A stretch of 32,000 nt of DNA from Nostoc sp. NIES-4103 (lineage in GTDB: Bacteria > Cyanobacteriota > Cyanobacteriia > Cyanobacteriales > Nostocaceae): contig AP018288.1 in the NCBI GenBank assembly GCA_002368335.1, positions 1,187,343 to 1,219,342 of the forward strand, read 5' to 3'. How positions within the stretch are numbered: the stretch's first letter is position 1; each line of letters opens with the position of its first letter. A program made the position numbers and the translations under genes. Of this stretch, positions 1 to 8,945 are shown in pieces. A model generated the notes under the pieces. That model made no database searches. It saw nothing but the letters and a program-made list of their open reading frames with translations, and had not been told where the DNA came from.

Positions 1-19
1 GCTCAGCACTCAACTAACT

Positions 20-319
20 ATGAGATTTTGGAATTTTTGGTTAAACAGCTTTGTTTTAGCTAGCCAATACAATCCACCTAGGTTTGTAGAGTTATTGATG
101 CTCATGCTAGCCATTGCGATGTTAACAATTGCAACTATTTCACCAGGAGATAGACCTTATTTGGTACTAGGTTTAAGTCTTGTAGTTGGGGCATCGATTT
201 CCATCTTAGTACGAGAAGCGATCGCTCCCTCACCCCAGACGCGAGTCACGCAACTTACGGCATTATTATTGCTTTTTATTAGCTTTTATGGTTTTGCTGA
301 TTTACTTCAAACTCTTTGA
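20..319 (+). CDS. small hydrophobic hypothetical protein (putative membrane protein)
   Basis: 99-aa ATG ORF with several long hydrophobic runs (LLMLMLAIAMLTIATI, LVLGLSLVVGASISILV, LLLLFISFYGFADLL). No family recognised. Confidence 0.4.
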   Translation: MRFWNFWLNSFVLASQYNPPRFVELLMLMLAIAMLTIATISPGDRPYLVLGLSLVVGASISILVREAIAPSPQTRVTQLTALLLLFISFYGFADLLQTL

Positions 320-325
320 TTTTAA

Positions 326-366
326 ATGGGAATGGGTAATGGGTAATGGGGAATGGGTAGTGGGAC
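326..366. repeat. STRR-type heptanucleotide tandem repeat (GGGTAAT/GGGGAAT variants)
   Basis: Direct reading: atgggaatgggtaatgggtaatggggaatgggtagtggga. Confidence 0.85.
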
Positions 367-390
367 AGATGTGATGACTAATAGTAGAAT

Positions 391-545
391 CCAATTACCA
401 ATTCCCCTTCGGGTGACGCTCCTTCGTCGCTAACGCTACGAAGATCGCCAGTCGCTCATGGGGGACTCGGGGCCCCCACGACCGAAGGGAGTGGGGATTG
501 GGGGAGAACCCCCAAGACCGCGCTGGCTCACCAATTACCAATTCC
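391..545. mobile_element. GC-rich structured small dispersed-repeat/MITE-like insert (406-530) bracketed by identical 15-nt direct repeats ccaattaccaattcc
   Basis: ccaattaccaattcc occurs at 391-405 and again at 531-545. The interior is visibly GC-rich and has internal inverted repeats (ccccttcgg...ccgaagggg; cttcgt-cgctaacgct-acgaag). Confidence 0.55.
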
Positions 546-548
546 CAA

Positions 549-1637
549 TTACCATCCTTGCATTTCTACTAATTCCATACACAATTGATTAATTTGCTCC
601 AAATCAGGTTTGGCAGGTAAGGTTGATTCTTCGTAAACAATTTCCATTTGGGCAACTAAATCTTCTGCCATTTTCATCACTTGTTCATAAGTATACTCAC
701 CCTTAAGGATTGCTCTTAAATCTTCAACATCACCAGCTATCCTTCTGTCTACAATTATCTCCCCTTTCTGCAATATTTCTAGTCCACTGCGTAGCAATCT
801 AATGCAGTGCATTCCATGCTTTAGGTCAAAACCGGACTTTCTTTCCATTTCTGCTCTAGCTGGATTTCTATTTTCTTGCCATGACAAATAAGCTTTCCAT
901 TCTCGTAAAGCTATTTGATAGTTTTGACTTTTCTGTAACAGGCGAATAAAATCCTTACGGCTATTAGTTAACTTTTGAGTGTATTCTAAAGTTTCATCAG
1001 GTAAAGTATATTGTTTCAATACACCTTTAAAATCAATATCTGCCGTCAGCAATTTGTATAATTGTTCAGCTGATTCTAAAAACTCAATTCTTCCTCTAAT
1101 TAAGATATAAAGATACTCTAAAAAAGCATTGAGTTCATCTTTAATTAATGGGGCTTCATCTTCTATGCCAAAATCTGACGGTAGTGGTTTCTTTGACGGG
1201 GGATTTAATAACCACTTGCGATGAGTTTCCATTTTTTTGATTTGAGCAAAAGCATAGCCAGAGTAAGTATGTTTAACCTTCTTACTCAAAAATAGCTTTT
1301 TATGACTAATTAACTTTTGACCGACTGAAGTTAAAACAGGATAGTTATGCAACCACAGCAATTCTAAAACATTAGGATTTGCACCAGATAATAATTGCAA
1401 GATTTTCTTGAGTTCATATATAACTGTATCTTTGTTGTTATCAATAAAAGGAAATATTCCAGGTTCATCCCAACCGCTATCTTTTTGTTCTGTATGATCA
1501 AATCCCAAGTAGTACTTCTTGGGTGCAATGAACACTCCTCGAAAATCAAAATCTGAATCAGGACGGTTTAACCCGTAACCGTGGCTACCTGCTAAACCAA
1601 TCAAAATTGTTCTTTGTTCAACTTCTATTCTTTTCAT
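549..1637 (-). CDS. Pol-beta-superfamily nucleotidyltransferase domain protein (COG3541 / PF10127 RlaP-like, from memory)
   Basis: 362-aa ORF. The N-terminal motif [20 protein letters not shown] fits the GS...DxD minimal nucleotidyltransferase signature, followed by a long helical C-terminal region. Confidence 0.7.
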   Translation of the reverse strand: MKRIEVEQRTILIGLAGSHGYGLNRPDSDFDFRGVFIAPKKYYLGFDHTEQKDSGWDEPGIFPFIDNNKDTVIYELKKILQLLSGANPNVLELLWLHNYPVLTSVGQKLISHKKLFLSKKVKHTYSGYAFAQIKKMETHRKWLLNPPSKKPLPSDFGIEDEAPLIKDELNAFLEYLYILIRGRIEFLESAEQLYKLLTADIDFKGVLKQYTLPDETLEYTQKLTNSRKDFIRLLQKSQNYQIALREWKAYLSWQENRNPARAEMERKSGFDLKHGMHCIRLLRSGLEILQKGEIIVDRRIAGDVEDLRAILKGEYTYEQVMKMAEDLVAQMEIVYEESTLPAKPDLEQINQLCMELVEMQGW

Positions 1638-1638
1638 T

Positions 1639-1813
1639 TGGGGATTGGGGATTGGGGATTGGGGATTGGGGATTGGGGATTGGGGATTGGGGATTGGGGA
1701 TTGGGAATTGGGGATTGGGAATTGGGAATTGGGGATTGGATTTTACTATTACCCATTACCCATTACCCATTACCCATTACCCATTCCCCATTCCCCATTC
1801 CCTATTCCCTATT
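1639..1813. repeat. Composite STRR array: (GGGGATT)n, then (GGGAATT) variants, then (ACCCATT)n / (CCCCATT)n / (CCCTATT)n
   Basis: Direct reading. The array occupies the entire gap between the kinase stop (1812-1814) and the nucleotidyltransferase start (1635-1637). Confidence 0.95.
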
Positions 1814-4493
1814 AAGTACGTCCAGCAAGATTGGCTACTACAGCGGCTAATTCGGTGGGATCGACTGGCTTGGGAACATGAAGTTGAAAGCCTGCTAATA
1901 AAGCTTGTGTGCGGTCTTCTGCTCTGGCGTAGGCTGTCAGTGCTACTGCTGGAATTCGTCCTCCTTGCTCTTGGGATAGCGCTCTGAGTTTACGAATTAA
2001 AGCGTAGCCGTCTTCTTCTGGCATACCAATATCGCTCACCAGTACATCGGGGTGAAATTGTTCTAAGGCAACTAGTGCCTCAAAAGCAGATGTAACTGCC
2101 ATCACTTGTGCGCCAAACTGTCCCAGTGCTGTGGTGAGCAACTGACGGGTGTCTGATTCATCATCGACTACAAGCACTCGCAAGCCGTTCAGTGTTGGCA
2201 AACTATTAACATTTTTACCGTCATTGCTCGGTGAAAGCTGCTGTGGCTTATTGATGTTAAAAGCCAAAGCTTTCATGGGCAGATTAACTATAAACGTTGC
2301 CCCCTGTCCAATGCCTGGACTTTCAGCCAAGACTGTACCACCATGCAATTCTACTAGGTGGCGGACGATCGCTAACCCTAATCCTAATCCGCCATGCGAT
2401 CGCGTGGTTGAGCTATCGGCTTGGCGGAAGCGCTCAAACACGTAGGGCAAAAATTCCGGGGCAATTCCCTCTCCTGTGTCGCTGACTCGAATTTGCACGC
2501 GGCTGTCGATTCGCTGTAGTTGTACAGTGACTATGCCGCCTTTGGATGTGAATTTAACGGCGTTGGAGAGTAAGTTCCAGACAATTTGTTGCAGGCGGTT
2601 GGCATCGCCCATCACTACCCCGACAGTAGGGTCAAATCTGCTGTCGATGCGAATTTCTCTAGCGTCGGCTGCGGGACGCACAGTCTCAATTGCTGCCTCT
2701 ACAATTGGTATCAGTTCTAAGGGTTGGGTATTCAGGCGGAGTGTACCGCGAATAATCCGTGAGACATCTAGAACATCTTCAATTAGTTGCGCTAGAGATC
2801 TGCTATTGCGATCGATTGTCTCTAGAGCTTTGGTAGTAGTGGCTTGATCAAATGTACGACTTCTCAGCAGCTGCGTCCAGCCTAGCATGGCGTTGAGAGG
2901 GGTACGAAGTTCATGGGAGAGTGTCGCCAAAAACTCATCTTTCATGCGGTTTGCAGCTTCTGCTGAGGCGCGTGCTGCTTGTTCGCGTTTGAGTAGTTCT
3001 TCCCGTTCTGACTCTGAAACCTTGCGATCGGTAATATCAATCATGAATCCATGCAGTTGCTGTGGTTTACCCTCACTTTGCACCACATTTACAATGTCAT
3101 ACAGCCACACAACTCTGCCATCTGCTGCTAACATTCTGTATTCAAATTCGTAATTATCTAGTGTCAGCGCAGATTCTTGGCAATATTTAACTGCCCATTC
3201 CCGATCCTCTGGATGGATGTGTTCCTCCCAGAAATTAGGGGCGTACCACTCTGTTAAGGTATAACCGAGAATTTCCACAGTTTGCGGCCCCACATAGGTA
3301 AAATTCCCTGTGATAGCATCTACTACCCAAGGAATCACACGTACCTTTTCTGTGAGTTGTCTAAAGCGTTCCTCGCTTTGTTTGATGGCTGCTTCCGCTT
3401 CTTTGTAATCTGTAATATCTTTAATTAAGGCAACAAATCCTTCCACTGTTCCTTGTTGATTGAACTGAGGAACATAATTGACATTCATATAGTGAATTTT
3501 GCCATCTTTATGTGGTAATTCGTGTTCATAGGTTACTTGCTCTCCTGACAAAACTCTTTCTATATAAGGGCGAATTATTTCATAAACTGACTTGTCTACA
3601 ATTTCTTTAATCTGCTTGCCATAACTTTCTGAGGCAGAAACCCCATACCATTCTTCGTATTTTTTATTATTAAAACGGTAGCGTTGCTCGGCATCAACAT
3701 AGGAAATAAAAACAGGCACAGCATCGGTAATTAGTCGCAGTTCCTCTTCTCGCTGGCGCAGAGTTTTTTCCATGCGTTGGCGATCGCTCAAGTCAAGGAC
3801 AAAACCGATAACTTGCTCAGGATTATTTTCTAACAAAGCAAAACCTAAGAGGACAAGTACACGAGTGCCATCTTTTTTGATATATTCTTGTTCAAAAGGC
3901 TGACACACCCCTGTAGATTTGAGTTTGGCAATAGAGCGATCGCTTACCTCAAGATATTCTAATGGTGTCATATCACGCCATCGCACTCGCCCTGCTAGCA
4001 AATCCTCTTGGGTGTAACCTACCATTTTCAGAAAAGCATTGTTAGCTTCAGCGATCGCGCCATTCATATCAGCTACAATCATTCCAATAATGTCGGACTC
4101 TACCAAACGTCTAAACCGTGCTTCACTAGCTTGTAGCTTTTGTATATTCACTTCTAGACACTGCTTAGCAGTGCGTAACTCAGAATTCAGCCAGCTGATG
4201 ATGGTTGCCACCACCACAAAGAAGACTAAGCGCAACTTGCTGTCTAAGCTATGAACAGCAGGCGAAAACACTGGTTCTATAAAAAAGTAGTTAACGGCTA
4301 AAGTAGACAAAAAAGTAGCAGACAGTCCTGCTTCCATACCGCCATACCAGGCGCTAACCGCCACAGCAGCAAAGAAAAGTAGAAAAATTGTTGGTGTGAG
4401 TAGTGACTGTAACAATAATGTTAACAGTAAGGCGCTACCAACAGCCAATACTGTCACAGTGTAGAGCCTGAGTCGGGGGTGTCTTCCTTTCAA
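1812..4493 (-). CDS. hybrid sensor histidine kinase / response regulator with N-terminal membrane domain and about three PAS domains
   Basis: 893-aa ORF with a hydrophobic N-terminus and PAS-like segments. H-box is [15 protein letters not shown] and ATPase boxes are [16 protein letters not shown] and [10 protein letters not shown]. The C-terminal receiver shows [14 protein letters not shown]...[13 protein letters not shown]...HVPKPVD. Confidence 0.93.
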   Translation of the reverse strand: MKGRHPRLRLYTVTVLAVGSALLLTLLLQSLLTPTIFLLFFAAVAVSAWYGGMEAGLSATFLSTLAVNYFFIEPVFSPAVHSLDSKLRLVFFVVVATIISWLNSELRTAKQCLEVNIQKLQASEARFRRLVESDIIGMIVADMNGAIAEANNAFLKMVGYTQEDLLAGRVRWRDMTPLEYLEVSDRSIAKLKSTGVCQPFEQEYIKKDGTRVLVLLGFALLENNPEQVIGFVLDLSDRQRMEKTLRQREEELRLITDAVPVFISYVDAEQRYRFNNKKYEEWYGVSASESYGKQIKEIVDKSVYEIIRPYIERVLSGEQVTYEHELPHKDGKIHYMNVNYVPQFNQQGTVEGFVALIKDITDYKEAEAAIKQSEERFRQLTEKVRVIPWVVDAITGNFTYVGPQTVEILGYTLTEWYAPNFWEEHIHPEDREWAVKYCQESALTLDNYEFEYRMLAADGRVVWLYDIVNVVQSEGKPQQLHGFMIDITDRKVSESEREELLKREQAARASAEAANRMKDEFLATLSHELRTPLNAMLGWTQLLRSRTFDQATTTKALETIDRNSRSLAQLIEDVLDVSRIIRGTLRLNTQPLELIPIVEAAIETVRPAADAREIRIDSRFDPTVGVVMGDANRLQQIVWNLLSNAVKFTSKGGIVTVQLQRIDSRVQIRVSDTGEGIAPEFLPYVFERFRQADSSTTRSHGGLGLGLAIVRHLVELHGGTVLAESPGIGQGATFIVNLPMKALAFNINKPQQLSPSNDGKNVNSLPTLNGLRVLVVDDESDTRQLLTTALGQFGAQVMAVTSAFEALVALEQFHPDVLVSDIGMPEEDGYALIRKLRALSQEQGGRIPAVALTAYARAEDRTQALLAGFQLHVPKPVDPTELAAVVANLAGRT

Positions 4494-4660
4494 GTGGCTT
4501 CTCCTTTAGTGCAGCTAGCTGAAGGGATTATTCCCAAAATTGGCTAGACAATGCGATCGCCCAACACCTATTTTGCATCTGGAAAATCCACAGAGAACAA
4601 TTTTTGGCGATGAATCTATCTAAAGAGGTAAGAGGTAGTACCAAAAGGTAGGAGTTAGGT

Positions 4661-4719
4661 GTCAGTTGTCAGTTGTCATTTGTTAGTTGTCATTTGTCAT
4701 TTGTCATTTGTTAGTTGTT
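4661..4719. repeat. STRR heptamer array (TTGTCAG/TTGTCAT/TTGTTAG)
   Basis: Direct reading: gtcagttgtcagttgtcatttgttagttgtcatttgtcatttgtcatttgttagttg. Confidence 0.9.
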
Positions 4720-4720
4720 A

Positions 4721-4772
4721 TTCATTAATCTCCCCTGCTCCCCCGCTCCCCTGCACCCCTGCACCCCATCTC
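4721..4772. repeat. C-rich short tandem repeat (CCCCTGCT/CCCCGCT/CCCCTGCA/CCCCATT variants)
   Basis: Direct reading: tcccctgctcccccgctcccctgcacccctgcaccccatctccccatttccc. Confidence 0.75.
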
Positions 4773-4863
4773 CCCATTTCCCAGGCTTGCTCTGAGGAAT
4801 CATGCACTTTTTGCGTTATTAGTAGTCAAGGGCCTAAGTACTGGGTACTGGGAAAAAATTCCT

Positions 4864-4940
4864 CCAATTCCCAATCCCCAATCCCCAATCCTCAATCCCC
4901 AATCCCCAATCCCCAATCCCCAATCCCCAATCCCCCAATT
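4864..4940. repeat. STRR heptamer array (CCCCAAT)n ending at the helicase start codon
   Basis: Direct reading of about 10 units: ccaattcccaatccccaatccccaatcctcaatccccaatccccaatccccaatccccaatcccccaatt. Confidence 0.95.
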
Positions 4941-4944
4941 GACA

Positions 4945-6498
4945 ATGCCTCGCACCCCTACATTAACGTTTGATCGTGGTACATTAATTTTGCACCCACC
5001 ACCACGCGGCAAAGCTTGGATGGACTATGCTACATGGGATGATCGAGTTGAAAAATTCCGCATTCCTGCTATTAGATACCGCCCATTGGTAGAAGCACTA
5101 AAAGCAGAAGATGTGCATTTCGTTGATGAGGCAAAGCAATTTTATCCTGTGGATTTGGTTGCCGGTTTAGAAATGGAACCCTATCCCCACCAAAGTGAGG
5201 CGTTAGCGGCTTGGAAGTTGGCGGGAAGGTTAGGGGTGGTGGTGCTACCTACGGCTGCGGGAAAGACTTATCTGGCGCAAATGGCAATGCAGGCGACACC
5301 GCGGACTACTTTGATTGTGGTGCCAACGCTGGATTTGATGCATCAGTGGTATGCACACTTGGTGGCGGCGTTTCCTGATGCTGAGGTGGGGTTGCTTGGG
5401 GGTGGTTCGCGGGATAAAACTGCTATTCTAGTTGCAACTTACGATAGTGCCGCAATTCATGCCGAAGCGCTAGGTAATCAATATGGGTTAATTATTTTTG
5501 ACGAATGTCATCATTTGCCGACAGATTTTAATCGGGTAATTGCAGAGTATGCGATCGCGCCTTATCGTTTGGGACTTTCGGCAACGCCTGAACGCACAGA
5601 TGGGAAACACGCAGACTTAAATATCTTAATTGGGCCGGAAGTATATCGTAAACGTGCTGAAGATTTGGCAGGTAAGGCACTTGCAGAACATGAAATTGTG
5701 CAGATTAAAGTTAAACTATCACAAATTGAACGCGAAAGATATAACGAATTAATCCAAACGCGCAACGATTTTTTAAGACAATCAAAGATATCTTTGGGCA
5801 GTATTCAAGGTTGGCAAATGTTCGTGCAAATGAGTGCGCGATCGCAAGCTGGACGCAGGGCTATGTTAGCACACCGCGAAGCGAAAGAAATTGCTTTGGG
5901 GACTGATGGCAAGTTGCGAATTTTAGCTGATTTACTGGCACAACATTATCCAGAACGGGTGTTAATTTTCACTGCTGATAATGCCACCGTTTATAAAATT
6001 TCTCAAGATTTGCTAATTCCGGCAATCACTCATCAAACTCCGGTGAAAGAACGTCATGAAATCTTAACTAAATTTCGGGAAGGTGAATATAATACCTTAG
6101 TTGCTTCCCATGTGTTAAATGAAGGTGTTGATGTGCCTGCTGCTTCTATTGCTATTATTTTATCTGGTACAGGCTCAACTAGAGAATATATTCAACGTTT
6201 GGGGAGAGTTTTACGTAAAGGCAATATTCAGAATAAACAAGCTATTTTATACGAAGTGATAGCAGAAGATACCAGCGAAGAAAATACTTCTGCACGACGG
6301 AGAGGTGAAGAAAGACGAGGAAATTTACAAGTTATTTACGGCAGTGGTAAAGTAACAACGGCTAAAGCTGCCGAACAATTAGAAATAAACTATACAGTCA
6401 ATAATTCGCAAACGAACAACCAGGAAAATGCTACCAACGGAACTACTAAGCCACCGTCTAAACGGCGAAGAAATAATACCAAAAAGACTGAAGATTGA
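4945..6498 (+). CDS. XPB/Ssl2 (ERCC3/Rad25)-like superfamily-2 DNA helicase
   Basis: The N-terminus [11 protein letters not shown] resembles the XPB damage-recognition domain start. Helicase motifs are [18 protein letters not shown] and [14 protein letters not shown], with a C-terminal lobe ([21 protein letters not shown]). ATG at 4945; the track starts 2 codons earlier at TTG 4939. The basic low-complexity tail overlaps the next gene. Confidence 0.85.
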   Translation: MPRTPTLTFDRGTLILHPPPRGKAWMDYATWDDRVEKFRIPAIRYRPLVEALKAEDVHFVDEAKQFYPVDLVAGLEMEPYPHQSEALAAWKLAGRLGVVVLPTAAGKTYLAQMAMQATPRTTLIVVPTLDLMHQWYAHLVAAFPDAEVGLLGGGSRDKTAILVATYDSAAIHAEALGNQYGLIIFDECHHLPTDFNRVIAEYAIAPYRLGLSATPERTDGKHADLNILIGPEVYRKRAEDLAGKALAEHEIVQIKVKLSQIERERYNELIQTRNDFLRQSKISLGSIQGWQMFVQMSARSQAGRRAMLAHREAKEIALGTDGKLRILADLLAQHYPERVLIFTADNATVYKISQDLLIPAITHQTPVKERHEILTKFREGEYNTLVASHVLNEGVDVPAASIAIILSGTGSTREYIQRLGRVLRKGNIQNKQAILYEVIAEDTSEENTSARRRGEERRGNLQVIYGSGKVTTAKAAEQLEINYTVNNSQTNNQENATNGTTKPPSKRRRNNTKKTED

Positions 6499-7645
6499 CC
6501 AGAGACATATAGATTTAACTAATGAATTAATTGCCTGCTTTCAAGCAGCACAAGGTAAAACTCAGGGTTTTTTGGAAAATCAGCTTTTAGATTTAGAAGG
6601 AGACGCAACAGATTATCGAGTCAAGCGGGGTTTGGCTTATGTTATCAAAAGCAACTTCTGCACCTTTGAAGTCGTGAGTCCTCTAGAACCACAAATATTA
6701 AGAGAAAGGGTGTTTTCGTTGGCGGCAAAATCTGCACCTAGCCGGGAATCAACACAACTGACATTGAGCAAAATTGCTGATGAATTAACCCAGGAATTAG
6801 AACGAGAAATTTTCATCCAGCAAGTGCAAGATGGACTCTACGCCGACTTATCTGAAAATAAGATTTTAACCAACTTTGATGTTCCTACACCAGTAGATAT
6901 CTTAAATCGATATAACTTATCTCAGGTACAGGGAATATTTTATAAAGCAAGTAAGTTAATATTAAACGCTCATCGCAATGTTCCGGGAGAATATAAGTTA
7001 TTGTTCCGCTATTTAAAGTTATTTCAATTAATGGCTTATATTGAAGGAGACGCTGACCACGGGTTTACAATTACCGTTGACGGGCCGACGAGTTTATTTA
7101 ATGCTAGTACACGTTATGGTTTGGCGATCGCTAAATTGATTCCCGCCTTACTTCATGTCACCAAATGGAGTTTAGCCGCCACCTTACAAACCCGTGATGT
7201 CTACACAGATACGTGGAGAACAGGTAGATTTACCCTCAATTCTGAATGCGGTTTAGTATCCCACTACTCCAAAGGGAAACCCTACGATAGTATGCTAGAA
7301 GCATCCTTTGCTGATAAATGGGATGCGTTAAAAACCGACTGGGTATTAGAGCGAGAAGTGGATTTAATTCCCATTCCTGGGAGTGTGATGATTCCTGATT
7401 TCCGGTTAGTTCATCCTGATGGACGCGACTTTTTATTAGAAATTGTCGGTTATTGGCGACCAGAATATTTACAAAAGAAGTTTTCCCAAGTGCGGCGTTC
7501 TGGTTGTGATAATTTGATTTTGGCAATTTCTGAAAGATTGAATTTGGAAAAAGCGGGGGTAAAGTTAGATAATGTGCCAGCAAGAATTATTTGGTTTAAA
7601 GATAAGTTATTACCAAAAGCTGTATTAGCAGTGTTAGGAGAATGA
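6428..7645 (+). CDS. DUF790 family (Bax1-like) endonuclease, partner of the XPB helicase
   Basis: 405-aa ORF overlapping the helicase 3' end by 71 nt. The N-terminus [21 protein letters not shown] and the C-terminal IPDFRLVHPDGRDFLLEIVGYWRPEYL match my recollection of the DUF790 restriction-endonuclease-like core. Gene order copies the archaeal XPB-Bax1 pair. Confidence 0.75.
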   Translation: MLPTELLSHRLNGEEIIPKRLKIDQRHIDLTNELIACFQAAQGKTQGFLENQLLDLEGDATDYRVKRGLAYVIKSNFCTFEVVSPLEPQILRERVFSLAAKSAPSRESTQLTLSKIADELTQELEREIFIQQVQDGLYADLSENKILTNFDVPTPVDILNRYNLSQVQGIFYKASKLILNAHRNVPGEYKLLFRYLKLFQLMAYIEGDADHGFTITVDGPTSLFNASTRYGLAIAKLIPALLHVTKWSLAATLQTRDVYTDTWRTGRFTLNSECGLVSHYSKGKPYDSMLEASFADKWDALKTDWVLEREVDLIPIPGSVMIPDFRLVHPDGRDFLLEIVGYWRPEYLQKKFSQVRRSGCDNLILAISERLNLEKAGVKLDNVPARIIWFKDKLLPKAVLAVLGE

Positions 7646-7646
7646 C

Positions 7647-7883
7647 ATGAAAAGTATAGAAACAATTGCCACTGTGACAAAAGATGGTAAGATGACAGCG
7701 CAATTACCACCGGATATTTCAGAGGGTGAACATCAGGTGGTGATAGTAATTGATGAGAAGCCTTTGGTTGAGAAAGCAAAGAGCAAAGAAAAACGTCCTC
7801 CTCTGAAATTTTCTGCTTATCCTGTAGGATTAGTCTCGGAAAGCTTAACTTTCCGTAAAGAAAACCTTTATGCAAACGACTAA
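7647..7883 (+). CDS. putative type II antitoxin (small, acidic/basic)
   Basis: 78-aa ORF starting 1 nt after the DUF790 stop. Its 3' end overlaps the ATG of a PIN-type toxin remnant, the classic TA layout. Confidence 0.55.
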   Translation: MKSIETIATVTKDGKMTAQLPPDISEGEHQVVIVIDEKPLVEKAKSKEKRPPLKFSAYPVGLVSESLTFRKENLYAND

Positions 7884-7995
7884 TAATTCTATTTTCATCG
7901 ACACCAATATTTTGGTTTATGCAAATTTAGCCTTGTCGCCGTTGTTTTGCTTTTTGTCATACAGACTGGCTTTAGCCAAAAATATCAAGGCGTAA
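7870..7995 (+). pseudogene. truncated PIN-domain (VapC-like) toxin, only 41 codons
   Basis: ATG at 7870 overlaps the upstream stop. It translates as MQTTNNSIFIDTNILVYANLALSPLFCFLSYRLALAKNIKA*. FIDTNILVYA is the first acidic motif of PIN domains, and the remainder of the domain is missing. Confidence 0.6.
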
Positions 7996-8021
7996 GCTTT
8001 TACATTCTAGGTGAAACACCC

Positions 8022-8122
8022 AAACGTGAAAAGGGAAGTTGTTACAGCCTACGCGAAACACGGAAACGTGAAGGCGGAAGTTATTACAGGGAAGGCGGAA
8101 GTTGTTACAGCCTGCGCGAAAC
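8022..8122. repeat. about 2.5 imperfect tandem copies of a ~30-40-nt unit (GAAGGCGGAAGTTGTTACAGCCTGCGCGAAAC)
   Basis: Direct reading. Units lie at about 8022-8061, 8062-8091 and 8092-8122. Confidence 0.7.
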
Positions 8123-8218
8123 TTAAACCGCTTCTAGAATTTGGAATTGGTAGAAGAACAACGCTAAAGTTTCGTGTTATGAAAGCGATCGCACCCGCCA
8201 AAAGCATTAAACTACATC

Positions 8219-8308
8219 AGGACTTACGCAAAAATCACGAAAAAGCTTAATTTATCGAACCGCCAAGGCGCCAAGAACGCCAAGAATTTGTAGAGTGTGC
8301 GTAAGTCC
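8219..8308. mobile_element. MITE-like element with 11-nt terminal inverted repeats GGACTTACGCA / TGCGTAAGTCC
   Basis: IR arms are at 8220-8230 and 8298-8308. The interior contains cgccaaggcgccaagaacgccaagaa. Related solo 12-mers AGGACTCACGCA occur at 11612-11623 and 12551-12562. Confidence 0.5.
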
Positions 8309-8435
8309 CATACATGATGTGTAGCTGAATTCGGCGGGATGTGAGGCTGATTGCTAGATATGTGTGATATCTTTCTGGAATGGACACAGCTATATTTGTA
8401 TTTTGCAGTGCGGTGTCGTATTTCATAACTTAATT

Positions 8436-8870
8436 ATGGAACCTGTAACATTAACAGCAGTTGCAACAGCGATCGCTACTATAGTTTTAACTAAGGCTTT
8501 AGAAAAAACAGGTGAAAAGCTTGGGGAAGCTGCGTTAGCTGAAAGCGGTAAATTAATCGCGCAGCTACGTAGTAAAAATAAAGTGCCTTTGTTAGCTGAG
8601 GCGACACCAGAAAATACACAGCAGCCTTTAGATTATGGCAAAGCAGTACTAGAATTGAAAGCTGTAGCAGATGCAGATCCGGAAATTGCTCAATCTGTGA
8701 GGGATGTGGAAGCCGCAGCAAACGCCGATCCTCAAGTAGCGCCAAAAGTCCAAGGTTTAGCAAATGATATCAATTCGCAACCAGCTGGTGTGATCAATTC
8801 TACAAAGTTGGCTGAGTCTATTAAAAGCGTCTTTCAGGGAAATACTTTCATCGGTACTCAGCATTTCTGA
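8436..8870 (+). CDS. 145-aa N-terminal module of the NLR-like protein, detached by an in-frame TGA (hydrophobic N-terminal helix plus helical region)
   Basis: ATG at 8436 gives MEPVTLTAVATAIATIVLTKAL.... The frame is the same as the NB-ARC ORF, and TGA at 8868-8870 is the only stop between them. Confidence 0.6.
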   Translation: MEPVTLTAVATAIATIVLTKALEKTGEKLGEAALAESGKLIAQLRSKNKVPLLAEATPENTQQPLDYGKAVLELKAVADADPEIAQSVRDVEAAANADPQVAPKVQGLANDINSQPAGVINSTKLAESIKSVFQGNTFIGTQHF

Positions 8871-8945
8871 CTGCATTCGCCTGAAGGGGAACGGGTAAAG
8901 TTAAATCCCTCTACTGAAATACCGCAAAATCTCCCCTTAACTGGG

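Noticed and set aside
1607-1987. Plus-strand ORFs 1607-1987 and 1614-1850 encoding GDWGLGI / PITHYP repeats.
   Set aside because: They are translations of the STRR heptamer arrays, and the 3' part is antisense to the histidine kinase. There is no independent coding evidence.
2149-4254. Several 60-120-aa plus-strand ORFs inside the histidine-kinase gene.
   Set aside because: They are antisense to a long ORF with clear domain motifs, and their Ser/Arg/Cys-rich composition is typical of antisense frames.
4659-5012. ORFs 4659-4973 (plus) and 4800-5012 (minus) with SPIPNPQ / GDWGLGI repeats.
   Set aside because: They are translated heptamer arrays in an intergenic region and overlap the real helicase start.
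8011-8250. 79-aa GTG-start ORF.
   Set aside because: Its first half is a translation of imperfect tandem DNA repeats and its end runs into a MITE-like inverted repeat. There is no family resemblance.
8868-8870. The in-frame TGA as a selenocysteine codon or programmed read-through signal.
   Set aside because: I see no SECIS-like hairpin immediately downstream, and nothing in the protein context suggests a redox Sec site. It is kept only as an untested alternative within the main finding.
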